Assembly (NCBI GenBank): GCA_000320545.1
Contig: ADNK01003306.1
Location: 1 to 51,704 of the forward strand
Length of the DNA: 51,704 nt
Source of the DNA: Bigelowiella natans CCMP2755
Lineage: Eukaryota; Protista; Cercozoa
Direction: 5' to 3'
A program made the position numbers and the translations under genes. Below the pieces are notes generated by a model. It did not search any database. It saw only the letters and a list, made by a program, of their open reading frames with translations, and was not told where the DNA came from. Shown here one piece after another: positions 39,931-51,704 of this stretch; within the stretch, counting starts at the first letter, position 1, and every line of letters begins with the position of its first letter.

Positions 39931-40020
39931 AGATCTAGATCTAGATCTAAGTGCCCTCCTTTTATCTTGACTAGCCTGGGGAAAACCGGGAATAAAAGGC
40001 ACCCCCGGGGTAGATCTACC
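39931..40020. promoter_or_regulatory. (AGATCT)3 plus GGTAGATCTACC palindrome in a divergent intergenic region
   Basis: Lies between the kinase ATG (39637, -) and the next plus-strand gene (~40170); same motif as at 3674. Confidence 0.4.
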
Positions 40021-40169
40021 TACACACCTTTTGGCTAGATTCTGCCGCCGGGGTTTGAGCACCCCAATAATTCCAATTCGTCGTAACACTCATGCACCGT
40101 GCCGATGATGAAATGAGGAGGAGAAGGAGGTGGAGGAGGAGGAGGAGGACCACACTCGCCCCATGGACA

Positions 40170-41957
40170 AATGAGTGATTTATGGAGATGGAGGTTTGTT
40201 CTGATAACATCCACTCTCTTCTTTTCATGGATCGTTGCCAGGCCGACGAGATCTGTCGCCCCCCGTGCCCTTTCCTTCTGCGCTGACCACCCACTTTACA
40301 AGATGAAGGAGAAGCTGTTTCAAAAGTATCAAAATGCCGTTCCGAACATAAGGTAGGTGTGTGCTATGTAATTAACGCTACAATCATCCGCCGTATATTC
40401 TAGCTATCGCATATAATATGATGTGTGTAGCATGGGCATCAGCAAGCGGCATGCCCTGATATGATAATTGATTCAAAGGGTTCTCCTTGAGTGCTGGGCA
40501 AATAGACACCTAAATGGATGCTCGTATCCATCTTTTGTGGAAAACACTATAAAATTATGGCCGGTAGGTGGTGAACAAGATACATTTACAATCCATCTCA
40601 AAACAAGGCCACAAGCACATGCACAAGAGCATACGATCTTGGATGTACATGGAACACAACATGCTCCTGATCTACCAGTTTCTGTGGTGTCATATGGTGG
40701 TGTCTTCACAGGCGTGTTCTCATTGAGTTGTCTTTCTCCTCCGCAGTTAGTCTTGAAATTGCACTACTAGTAATAAAATACTAATTGCCTTTACTATATG
40801 TTGTTCACTGATCATCTTCATCATCATCATCATCATCGTTTAGGTCCCCCCCGGATCACGGTACCGCCCCCCTGTAGATCTATCCCCGTATCTGTCGTCG
40901 TCTACGAGGCCTGTTAGGGGAAATGCCAAATTAAGTCCAGCAACATTAAATGATAAGCAAAAAGGCAGCATTTTATCCGAGGACCCAGGTTCCTTGTAAC
41001 GATATAGATCACGACAACGATAACGACGACGATCTTTTGAATTTACGTGATGGAAAATAATTTTGAATCATAATTATATAATAGATGATAATCGAAACAA
41101 TGATTGAAAACGCATGCGGCGGGTTGAAGCACATTACAATCTACACACACACACACACACACACATATTTACTATAATAATGGCATACGTGTAGATGGAG
41201 CAGGAAAAATACGAATATACTACATACTATTCAGGATGTGAAGAAACATCGATAATGTCTAATGCTGGAGAAGAAGAAGAAGACGAAGAAGAAGAGGGAG
41301 GATTGGACGATGATGATACTGCTGAGGATGATAATGATGACGGAAAAGTACAGCATGAAGACTATCTTTCGGGAAGGAAGAAGAACTACGCAACTGATCG
41401 CATCATACCGTCACCTTTTCAGTAAATTTACACAATATGAGCTCGCACACTTGCACACCCCACTCCCAATTCTCCATGCAGCTATGTTATGTCATCACCC
41501 ACTCCTTCCTCCTCAATATGTGATTTTCACTATTTCTTCTTCATTAGACTCATCATGCAATTTGGTGCGAAGAATGGAGTAAAACCAACAATCTCATACT
41601 ACCAAGTAACCAACACTATTTTCTATGACTGATATGATCGACGTCAGAGTCACATCACAATCATCATCATTCCTCCCTCAGGGTTATCATCCAAACATCG
41701 AAACGACCTCCCCATCTACCACTACGGCAAAAAGAGGAGGAGGAGGAGGAGGAGGAGGAGGCGTCTTCTGTAGAATTACAGGTGGGTAGTGGCAGCAGCA
41801 GTAGCAGTAATGACTTAAGTAATTATTGAAGAACAACTTGAAAGTAGAAATATAATAAATAGTAAAACTTACTACTACTAATACTACTCCTATTACTACT
41901 GCTACTGCTACTAATTCTATATGAGTTGTCATTTTGGAACTACTACTGCTGTTATTA

Positions 41958-41992
<35 letters not shown>

Positions 41993-42716
41993 ACTAAGTA
42001 ACAATTAGGAGAAAGGGAGAAGTAGTCGATATAGAGAAGAAGAAGAAGAAGAAGAAGAAGAGGAAGAATAAAACGTTGTGAGATTATTGCAATGATGTGA
42101 AGATATTGACGTGTTGCAATTGATATTGTTGTTGTTGGCAATGAATCAAAATTAAGTGGGTGGAGTCGTGGGCGAAGGCTTCTCTGATCATAAATCGTAA
42201 TAAGTCAACTGTACTTTGCATGAAGATCATTCATGACTAGCATATTCCCTTTTGACACAAGGCGATTGTCATCAATTGACCACTACACAACTGAAATAAT
42301 AATAATGCAGTAGCCACGACAACGACGCATGTTTTCCGTGAGATCAATCTCAGATTATAGTCTATGCTTGTGTTGTTGTTGATGATGATGATGACTGCTT
42401 GGGAATAAGGGCAGCAAGCTTGTCAATGCTATGAGATTATACCACAGTAGTCAATCAAGTGTGAGTTGTTCTCCTCCTCCTCCTCCTCCTCCTCCATTTA
42501 ATCACCACCGCCACCAACTTGTTGTTTGTTTGTAGGCTACAGAGCGCACATCACCAGTCGAGAAGCATGGCGGCCATTGCAGCCCTTTCAAAGTTAGCAA
42601 TAGTGTTAGTGCTATAGGAGCATTGATTGATAGTTAGGCTTATTCAGCAGTCATACTGTGTGTAAGGAATAGAAAAATAGCATTGCAGCAGCATTCTTAT
42701 GCGTTTAGTAGTAGTT

Positions 42717-42747
<31 letters not shown>

Positions 42748-44108
42748 TAGTTGACACACACACACACACACACACACACACATCAATGGAGAGGTGGCTC
42801 AAAGGCTGGTTGTGCTGGTTTGTTATTATTACATCATTATTGCCTATCAACGCAACATTGCTGCTCAAGAGATGCGATAACCACTCGACTCTTTCGAGAA
42901 TGTTGTTCCAGCATTTTGGTGTGTTCCCATGTGTTCTGCCGCACAAGAATAAGCTAATTATTGCGGCAATGATCATTCTTGAAACTAGTCAAAGTCTGAT
43001 CTTGTCACCAACCACCCCTCCTCACTGTGCTTGGTGTTGTTATCAGGATTAGTGAGGATTGTGATAGGTACACAGATTGCAACAAGTGGATTCCGTATCC
43101 TCCCCCCTCTCAAGGAGTGCCCCCCTCCTCCTCCCCCTCCACATTTAATAACAAAGAACACGACTACAGTGTGAATACGGCTGCCTCAAATGGCAAATAC
43201 GTCGTCGGTTTAGCCAATCAAGATAGTAGTAGTGCTGTGCGTAATAGCAGCAGTAGTAATATCAGTAGTGGTGTTAATGGCGGGGAGGACGTTGCCGAGG
43301 TAGTAGTAGTAGTGGTAGTAGTAGTAGTAGCAGTAGTTAGCATTGTATACGACACGCCACGACAAGGATGCCACTGCTACAACCACTACTACTACTACTA
43401 CTTACTACCACTACTACCACTACTACTACTACCGCTACAACCCAAATGCACTATTACACATGTACTAGTAGCTGTAGATGTGGTGGAAGTAGAAGTACTA
43501 CTACTAGTAGCAGTAGCAGTAGCAGTATTGCCTTCATTTTGCCAAAAAAAATCTTGAATTTTCCAACTGTTTTCTTCCCCGTTCTCTTTCTCCCCTTTCT
43601 AAGGAAATACGACGATTGTCAGAACAAATGATAGCCAAGCTCAAGGTATTCTTCGGAGCGCTCACGCACCCATACACCGACCCCCCCCCCCACCCCACAC
43701 ACACATAACACGTAGATACACGCATAGGTAGACATACTGAAGCATGCTTACAATTGATTGCTGTTCGACAAACAACTACTCAGAAGAGTGAAGTGGAAGA
43801 GTTGATCATTTTGACATCAATCTTCTATTTTGTTGCCCCAATCTCCTCTGACTCCCGCTTCTGATATCCTCCTCCTCCTCCTCCTCCTCCTCCTCCTCCT
43901 CCTTTTTCTTTCACTTCTACTATCTTCATTTTACATTTTCTCCTAATCGTTATAAACCCCATTGAGTAGTGGTGCTGCTGATTTATTTCTCTTCTTAACA
44001 GCGGCTAGTGTCAGCAGTGAGATCATCATCCTCCGCACAGAAGACTGCGACGACCTCCTCCCAACGACACCTCTATCATCGTTGGGCAAAGGTACATGCA
44101 TGCATACA

Positions 44109-44144
<36 letters not shown>

Positions 44145-44209
44145 ACATGATTGATGATTACGCCCCTAACGACATTCCGTTGAAACAATAGTAGTAGTTT
44201 ACACAGAAC

Positions 44210-44252
<43 letters not shown>

Positions 44253-45842
44253 GATACTACAGCAGGGCACAATATTATTCATACACGTACAATAATACCT
44301 GCGGGAAAATATCATATACACACAGCAGGTTGCCGATGATCTAAGATCATTTTCAGTACGACTTGATCTGGATCTTGAATGCTCCTGGAAGACTAACCCA
44401 TTCCAGGAACATGTTGTTCGACGACGTCACCAGCGTGGTAATAGTAACGATAATCAGCAACGACGAGGAGTGGGAGGCGGAGGAGGAAAACCATACCATT
44501 CTACACTGCCTTCTCTTCGTAGCTTACACCATTCCAAGAACAGCCTGCATAAGCATACTACTACTACTACTACTGTGGACCATAATGATACACCAACCAA
44601 TGTGCCAGAGCCAGCAGCAGCGGCATCGACAACAACAGGGTGGGGAGAGAAGAATCACCAGCACAATAATCACCAGAAGGACTACTTACATTTTTCGCAC
44701 CTTAATACTCCTCATTATTCTTCTTCTGCTTCTTCTACACTTCCTGGTTCCATCTCCCACCACCGTCCTCCTCCTCCTCTTCCAACGCTCCCTCACTATA
44801 ATAGCAAACCCTACTACAATTTCCACCCCAGCCGCAATTACGCGGATGAAGTACCATACTATGAACAAGAGCAGCAGCAACAACGCCCTCCGCATTTAAC
44901 ACAGCATCTGGTCCGTGGTGACACAACAGCAGCTCCACACATGCATCTCCCACATCATCATCACCAACAGGGCAAGAGACCAAGATACAAAGAGGAAAAG
45001 GAAGGGAAAAAAAGGTGGGGGTGGTGGTGGTGATGGGTGGTACTACCACCGATAAAACACAAAAGTATTAGTGGGATGGGGGTGGTTTAGCCCTCAGCAC
45101 GTTCATTGAGGCAGCATAGTAGTAGTAGTAGTAGTAGTAGTAGTATCAGGCTCATGTTTGTATCATATCAGGCTGCTATTATTTGATTGTTGAGAGCAGT
45201 CACCACTTGTTTTTCTTGTCATATAACCGCACCATTCAGCCATCTCTATGATGTCGTTGTTTAGTTGCGGCCATCATTCTCATGTACTTTGTTGATTTCA
45301 CTGATTAGTTGTGATCATCATTCTCATTAACTTTGTTGTTCGTCACCATAATTCCTTCATCGCTCAGCTACTTCACATCTGCAGCCCCCACCACAGCCAC
45401 AAGCTGGCAAGGCCGTAGTACTGTCAATAGCGGATCATTTGAAGCAAAAAACAACAAGCAGCATCTTATGGACACTGGGGTTGAAACGAGGGTTACCACT
45501 AAATTTACCTCTGCTGCTGATTATAGGCGTCGTACATTAGAAGAGGAAGCTGCAGCATCACTAGCACCACCAGCAGCAGCAGCAGCAGCAGCACCGTATT
45601 TACCTTCACAGTTGACATCATCGCAATTGACTACTACGTCATCAACGCTAGCTATGGGAGCACCTCCTCCTCATCTTCCTCATCCTTCTGCCCAATTGAA
45701 TCAACGGCTCGATCATTTGCCCCCTTTGCTTCACGACTTAGAGCATATTGAAAGCATGGGGAACGAGGGTGCTGTTGATGACACAATAAGTGCAGAGTGC
45801 CCGACAGCTCCAAGTGCTGCTGCAGATGCTCAGATATCCTAG
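40170..45842 (+). CDS. Hypothetical low-complexity multi-exon gene (one or two genes)
   Basis: In-phase spliced blocks, e.g. HPLYKMKEKLFQKYQNAVPNIR|VLLECWANRHL and EIRRLSEQMIAKLK|RLVSAV...HRWAK|VADDLRSF; terminal ORF 45333-45842. Confidence 0.4.
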
Positions 45843-46102
45843 GAGCGTATTACGTGCTGGATTTCTCACTCAGTTTGTGACACCAAGTAGTGCGGATATT
45901 TGATACTGCACTACTTTGAAGTACATGCATTGCTGAATTAAGCTTACTAGCATAGTTATTAGGCATATGAAATCTTTATTTGAACGAACCTTATGATAGA
46001 ATAAATAGAGCATTTCATTGCATAAAGTTGCCTGTCGACCAACTATACAACGCGGTGCACGGACACATATACATACGGCATGTCCCGTTATTACGATACA
46101 TG

Positions 46103-46280
46103 AGACGGATGTAATCAAAACTTTGTAAACATCGTCATCCCAAATTATAGCTATCTAGCTATCCCAATGTTATCATACAAAGCGGCAGCTACAACGCTAG
46201 GAGATCACGTTTGTTAGTTTCTGCGATTGAGTACATGTCTAGCTCTAGAGGTAGCTAGCTAGGCTGCGCTTCATGTAGCA
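46103..46280 (+). mobile_element. Diverged partial copy of the 30415-30814 MITE-like family
   Basis: AGACGGATGTAATCAA terminus plus collinear GTCATCC, TAGCTAT, GCAGCTACAACGCT, TGTTAGTTTC and GCGCTTC. No second TIR seen. Confidence 0.65.
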
Positions 46281-46569
46281 ATGATTATAGCATTCTAGCA
46301 TTGTAATTATTGTACGCAATCTAGCAATGCTTAGATATTAGCAAAAATCCCACGCACAGGAACTATTATATTCCTTTCTAGCTGTATCGGCGTATAATAG
46401 CTTTATGTACTAGTATACGTGCTATAATAACTCACAACTGATTAAGAAACATGACAATGTACATATCACCACTACATAATAACTAGATAATTGCTATCAG
46501 CATGCCAAGGTAATTTACACCAAGCGGCACACACGAGTAATTGAGGATACACGATAGTTTGCGATTGCT

Positions 46570-47183
46570 CCTAATCATACTTCATCATTGCAATGAACAC
46601 CATGACGTTGACTTTCTCGGTCTTTGTCTCAACCATCGTCACAACATCTGTGCCTACAATGTTGGTTGATAATGATGTATTGTTAGCCGAACTACCAGAC
46701 AGCAGAAAAACCCTACATGAGCATCGGCGATGAAAAAGTATAAAGATGGATTGCTGACAGAATGTGTACGTATATGTAATGGTTTACAGATGATAAACAT
46801 ACAAAATAGAGACGTGTTATATTGTCAGTGCCTGGGATGGAAAGAAATTTCGTTCTCCGGAGAACATCCTACGCGTTTATTCAAAAGTTGTCGAAATTTA
46901 ATAATATTATGATCAGAGATGGATGGTACAGGTTCAATCGTATACCATATCCTCACTACCGTTTTTCGAGGGAGAATTTCCACAAGGACAGCGCTTTTGT
47001 ACCCATCCTTCTTCGTCTTGAGTGCAAAACAAAATAAAGGCATTCTGATATGTATTTTGCATGTAGGAACTATGTTATCATAAATTTCACCAGCTTGTAA
47101 ATCTGCGCCAGCATGATCTCGGACCAATCTTTGGCCTGCACATGTACAAACACCCCAGCACGTACGTATGTGTCTCTGTCTGT

Positions 47184-47225
<42 letters not shown>

Positions 47226-47506
47226 TTTTTGCCATTTGTATGGGAGGGAGAAAGAGAATTTATCATTGCATTTTTGGAAGATAAGATGTTACTATATCAC
47301 TAAATAACATTATACACACATATTAATTAATTACGGCCCTCTCATCTCTCTATGGCTGCTGCTGGGTCTTCTCCGCCCCTCACCTTATCAGTGTCATAGT
47401 CAGTTTCCCCGACCGTGTTCAATACAACCTTCTCCACCTAATAAAAGATTTCACAAAGGGTTTAATGTGGACTCAGTAATCCATCAATGAAAAAGTAAGC
47501 AGCCAT

Positions 47507-47548
<42 letters not shown>

Positions 47549-48000
47549 AGCAGAAGTAGCGGAGGAAGGCTGGTCAAAGTGCTGTACTACTGTGAGCTAA
47601 CACCTCTTTCTTTAGATTTTCCTCATCCTCCTGCTTCCCTTCGACCATGCTGCTCATCTTTCAGATTTTTCCTCTCAAAGCTCCCAACTGGATAAGGACG
47701 GATGCAGTGGAGAAGCTTGTAGTAGGGGAGGCGAGAGCAGTACAAGAAATTGATCCCTGCCAATTCTTCTGTGTTTTCAGACTTAAGGAGCGCGATCCCA
47801 TTCCTGAATCATAGGGCATTTCAACTCATAAAGGGATCAGTCATTCACTTTTGTGCATAATTTATCGCCTTCCTTACCTACGCGACATGGATGAAGCGAC
47901 ACCGCAAAGGCTAGATGTGCTCGCATATGTATTGCCCATTGTGAAATTGGTTGACATACGGTAACATGCCAAAAATTGGGATAAAATGACCTGTATTTCT
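46570..48000 (-). CDS. Probable hypothetical multi-exon gene
   Basis: Protein-like blocks (part of ORF 46825-47235; VEKVVLNTVGETDYDTDK at ~47385-47438) with splice-like ends. No domain recognised. Confidence 0.3.
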
Positions 48001-48565
48001 AGGATAGATGAAGAAATTTGTGTTTACTTCTAAGACTTAACGGAGCATACGAGCGACGGCAGCAACACGAAGGGGGAAAGTATCTAAGGGGGGGGGGATT
48101 TAAGGTATCAGGAGAGTATAAGCTAACTAGAGGTAGTTATATTCTCCAATAATATGTGTACACACGAGAGTATGCGTGTGTGCGTGCCTGCGTGCGTGCG
48201 TGCGTGTGTGTGTGTGTGTGTGTGTGTACTTTGTGCTTTGTGCTTAACGAACAATGCTTGGTGGAAAATTATAGTGATGTAATAATTGCAACTAAAATAA
48301 ATTTGAATTGACATCTTTACCTTCGTTGATGGAGAACTTGTGATATCCTTTAGATTATAAAGGATTATTAAAACATTGAACACTTTTTAATCGTAGGAGT
48401 CACTTCCTGGTGGCGATTCCTAGTGGCGATTGCTGTCCTAAGTCATAAGGAGGAGGTAGGTGCTGAAATGAGTTGTGAAAGAGGAAAAGCACCCCATTAG
48501 ATAACACAACAACAACAATAAAAGCAACAACTCTACAAAGAAACCGAGTGACAGGAGTAAAACTG

Positions 48566-50100
48566 ATGTCATCTACAAACTCCAAAGCAGCAGCAGCAGC
48601 AGCGCTAATGGAGACAGCACCTGCAGTAGCTTCCTCCCTTACGATTTACAGAGGAGCACATGATGATGAAGGAAGGTCTCTCGGTGATTCATCGTCATTT
48701 GCGTACAGTCATAATGATAATGACTCTGTCGATGATGCTCTCTTTGGCGCTGAGGATATCATTCACATCTCCGCACCTGACGTAAGTTATGTGACATTGC
48801 ACGTCATGATTCATGTTTCTTTGTGTTTTTTTTATTTCACACCTCGTTTCTTTTTTTATTTTATTATGCTGTTGTAATTACATTGTTATTTTTATTTCTC
48901 TTTTGATTTTGTTATTACTACTGGTACTATTGTTACTGAAACTACTACTTCCCACTGGAAAGACATCTGCATCCCTCAATCGGCGGTATCAACAAAAAAG
49001 CAGTAGCAGCCATAACTACAACTATGGAAGACATTCGATGGCAAATCATGACCAAAAGGAGTTCTCTTCTGCTCCGTCTTCATCATTGCCATTATCATCG
49101 TCATCATCATCACCACCATCCTCTTCCTCCATGTGGTTAGGTATGTTCTTAATGATAAACAACGCTGCCTCACTTCTTTACTCTTCTAATAGTAAACAAC
49201 ATTGCCTCGCATTGGTGTCCTATTTACACAGCCCACCAGCATCATCATTACTGTAGTATGCAGACGATAGTGATTGACGGTTCCTTTTCATTTTAAAAAA
49301 TGAATGTTCTTTGAAGGGCAAACTACATAGATCTAGAAGCATCTGCTTCAACCATGCACTTATGATAGCAGATCTTCCATTCAGCCATCACATTTCGTAA
49401 ATTCCTTGATTATTGTTGTCTTCGAAGGGTGGGGGTATTTGCTCATGTGCTGCGCGTTTGCGGCCACACAGGTAGCTTGCATGCTTGGTGGTCTGATAGT
49501 AGCCATAATCATCATCATCGTTATCATCATCGTTATCATCATCATTATCATCATCATCATCAGGGTTATAAATGCATATATTATATATGTATGGATATTA
49601 ATATATATCATCTTATCAAGATCCACCACTATACGCCTTACTGACCTATATGCCTCCCCCCCTTACTGAAGGGATCCGCCTCTGCGACGATTGCCCTCGG
49701 AGTTGCATATGCAGGTAGTAGGTGTGGGAGATATAAGAAGGAGAAGGATGATCTCATCTTGCCCCTCCCATATAGCAGCAGCAACCTCTGATTTTCCCAT
49801 ACATATTCTTTATTACCCTTTGCACTGAATCTAAATAACCTAGGCGATCTGGGGTCCATGAGTGCAGGAATCGTATTTGCATGCCACACACTCACGTCTT
49901 TACTACTAGCACCCGGCGTTGCACAAAGGTAGTATAAGTAAGTGAGTAAGAAAGAAAGTAAGTAAGAAGTAGTAGTAGGGATGATGGCGTTGGTGGTGGT
50001 GGTTATTATGAAACGAAGGTCCTTGTAGTAGTGTATATACATGCTGCTCATCGACATCATCATTTAGTATTGATGATATTAATTTGACCGCTACTATTAC

Positions 50101-50137
<37 letters not shown>

Positions 50138-50775
50138 TGCCATTACTACTAATTATAATAATATACAGATTGGGTGGGAAGGTGTCGTTATTGATTGGAT
50201 CATCTTTGATGACCCTATACGTCATCTCGTACTTCTCCCTCCATTCCAATTCAGAAGCTCTATATAGGTACTACCATTGCTATTACTGGCCGATAATATC
50301 ATCTACTGCTGCTATTCGTTCAATGCCTATACATCAACATCCCTTCCCTCTTTGAGGAGGGGGGGGGAGAGTTTGTGGTGTTAGTATGTATGTTACTACT
50401 CTACTTGACACATCGTGGTTGCTATCACCATTGTCATCATATGAGCATCATAATCATGATCTGTCGTTGTCCTCTATTGATCAGACCGCTCATCATCGTT
50501 GGCTCCTTGTTGGGTGGGGTAGGAACAGGTAGTAGTAGCAGTAGTAGTAAACAATGCATAACAACAACAACAACAACAACAATATTTATGAGGATGATAA
50601 TGATGACGATGAAGATGATGATGATGATGATGAACAAGACACTGATGCCTGCTTAATGCTGAATATCTTGTCTAAATTATACGTCCAAACAGGGCTTATT
50701 TGGATCGCTCAAGGCGTTTATATGACGAGGGTACCATCAGACATCACAAATTTTATAATAGATATTATTAAAATG

Positions 50776-50814
<39 letters not shown>

Positions 50815-51222
50815 GCTTCGTGTTGTATAATTGGATCCATTGACCATATAATAGCTACTAATAGTACTGCTACTACTATTACCAACATCACTGCCACCAT
50901 TTAGCTCATACGTCTTCTAAGACGATCTTCTGACTAATATGATCCTTATCGGCATCATCATCATCATCATCATCATCATCATTTGCTGCTGCTGTTGGTT
51001 GTTATTGATATGCCAGATCGTTAGGGAACATGCTGCACGGACTGGGATCTTTGCGCCTAAAGTCAGTCGTAGTAGTAAATCAGAGAAGAAGAAGCAGCAG
51101 GGAGAAATAAAGAGTTTGAATTTTGTTATAAGAAGAAGGATGATCATGATGAGGATGATCAAAACCGTAATGTGACTGCGATTTTATTTATAAAAAAGAA
51201 GGAGAATTTATATATTTATATG

Positions 51223-51269
<47 letters not shown>

Positions 51270-51704
51270 GTGTGTGTGTGTGTGTTCAAAAACATTTTGT
51301 TGTTATTTATTCAGCTCTCAGTGAGTGAGAAATAATCTAAAGTAGTTACTAGTACTAACTTCTACTACCAGATATCTGGATGGGCATCTGGAATATTTGC
51401 TGCTATTGCTCTTGGTACTACCAGTAGTAGTTGTACTACCAGTAGTAGCTGTTGTTGTAGTAGTAGTGGTGGTGGTGGTGGTGGTGGTGGTGGTGGTGGT
51501 GGTGGTGGTTTCATCATGATGACTGTGCTAGTAAGCACAGTAAGAATAGTAATATAACTACAAATAAACATTATGTGCATGCGTGTGTGTCTGTCTGAGC
51601 AGGTCTGCTTGGATCTCCCGTAGCGTGCGGGATGACCGTGTCTTCATCACACAACTAGCCGTCACTCATTTGTAGACATCTTCAACACTATCGCTCATAC
51701 TCCT
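48566..51704 (+). CDS. UNC-93-like / MFSD11-like major facilitator superfamily protein; 3' end unresolved
   Basis: Spliced TM segments GWGYLLMCCAFAATQ, DLGSMSAGIVFACHTLTSLLLAPGVAQR|LGGKVSLLIGS..LYV, LIIVGSLLGGVG, GLIWIAQGVYMT, ISGWASGIFAAIAL. Confidence 0.7.

Noticed and set aside
385-51580. Numerous ORFs with poly-V/L/Y/C/H or CVCV/THTH/IYIY tracts
   Set aside because: These are translations of intronic microsatellites or antisense shadows of real exons.

Overview
Intron-rich, microsatellite-dense eukaryotic nuclear DNA from a photosynthetic protist. Bipartite signal+transit presequences point to a secondary-plastid alga, most likely a chlorarachniophyte (inference). Most ORF-track entries are microsatellite noise. 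Hand-splicing GT-AG exons gives: an RCC1-repeat protein with a signal-like N-terminus, an intronless MAPEG protein head-to-head with a plastid-targeted CruP-type lycopene-cyclase-family gene, a Pin1-type parvulin, ESF2/ABT1, a GAF-HisKA-HATPase-REC hybrid kinase lacking both phospho-acceptor residues, an UNC-93-like MFS protein, and several hypothetical genes. The most striking signal is non-coding. Sharply bounded 0.3-1.1 kb intergenic islands, each lying just 3' of a gene, have lost almost all TpA dinucleotides except those in CTAG (or in CTA/TAG half-sites), have gained TpG/CpA and keep CpG. This looks like the footprint of a context-specific, region-targeted TpA->TpG/CpA hypermutation process, running in the opposite direction to fungal RIP. 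All exon structures and counts were done by eye and need computational confirmation.
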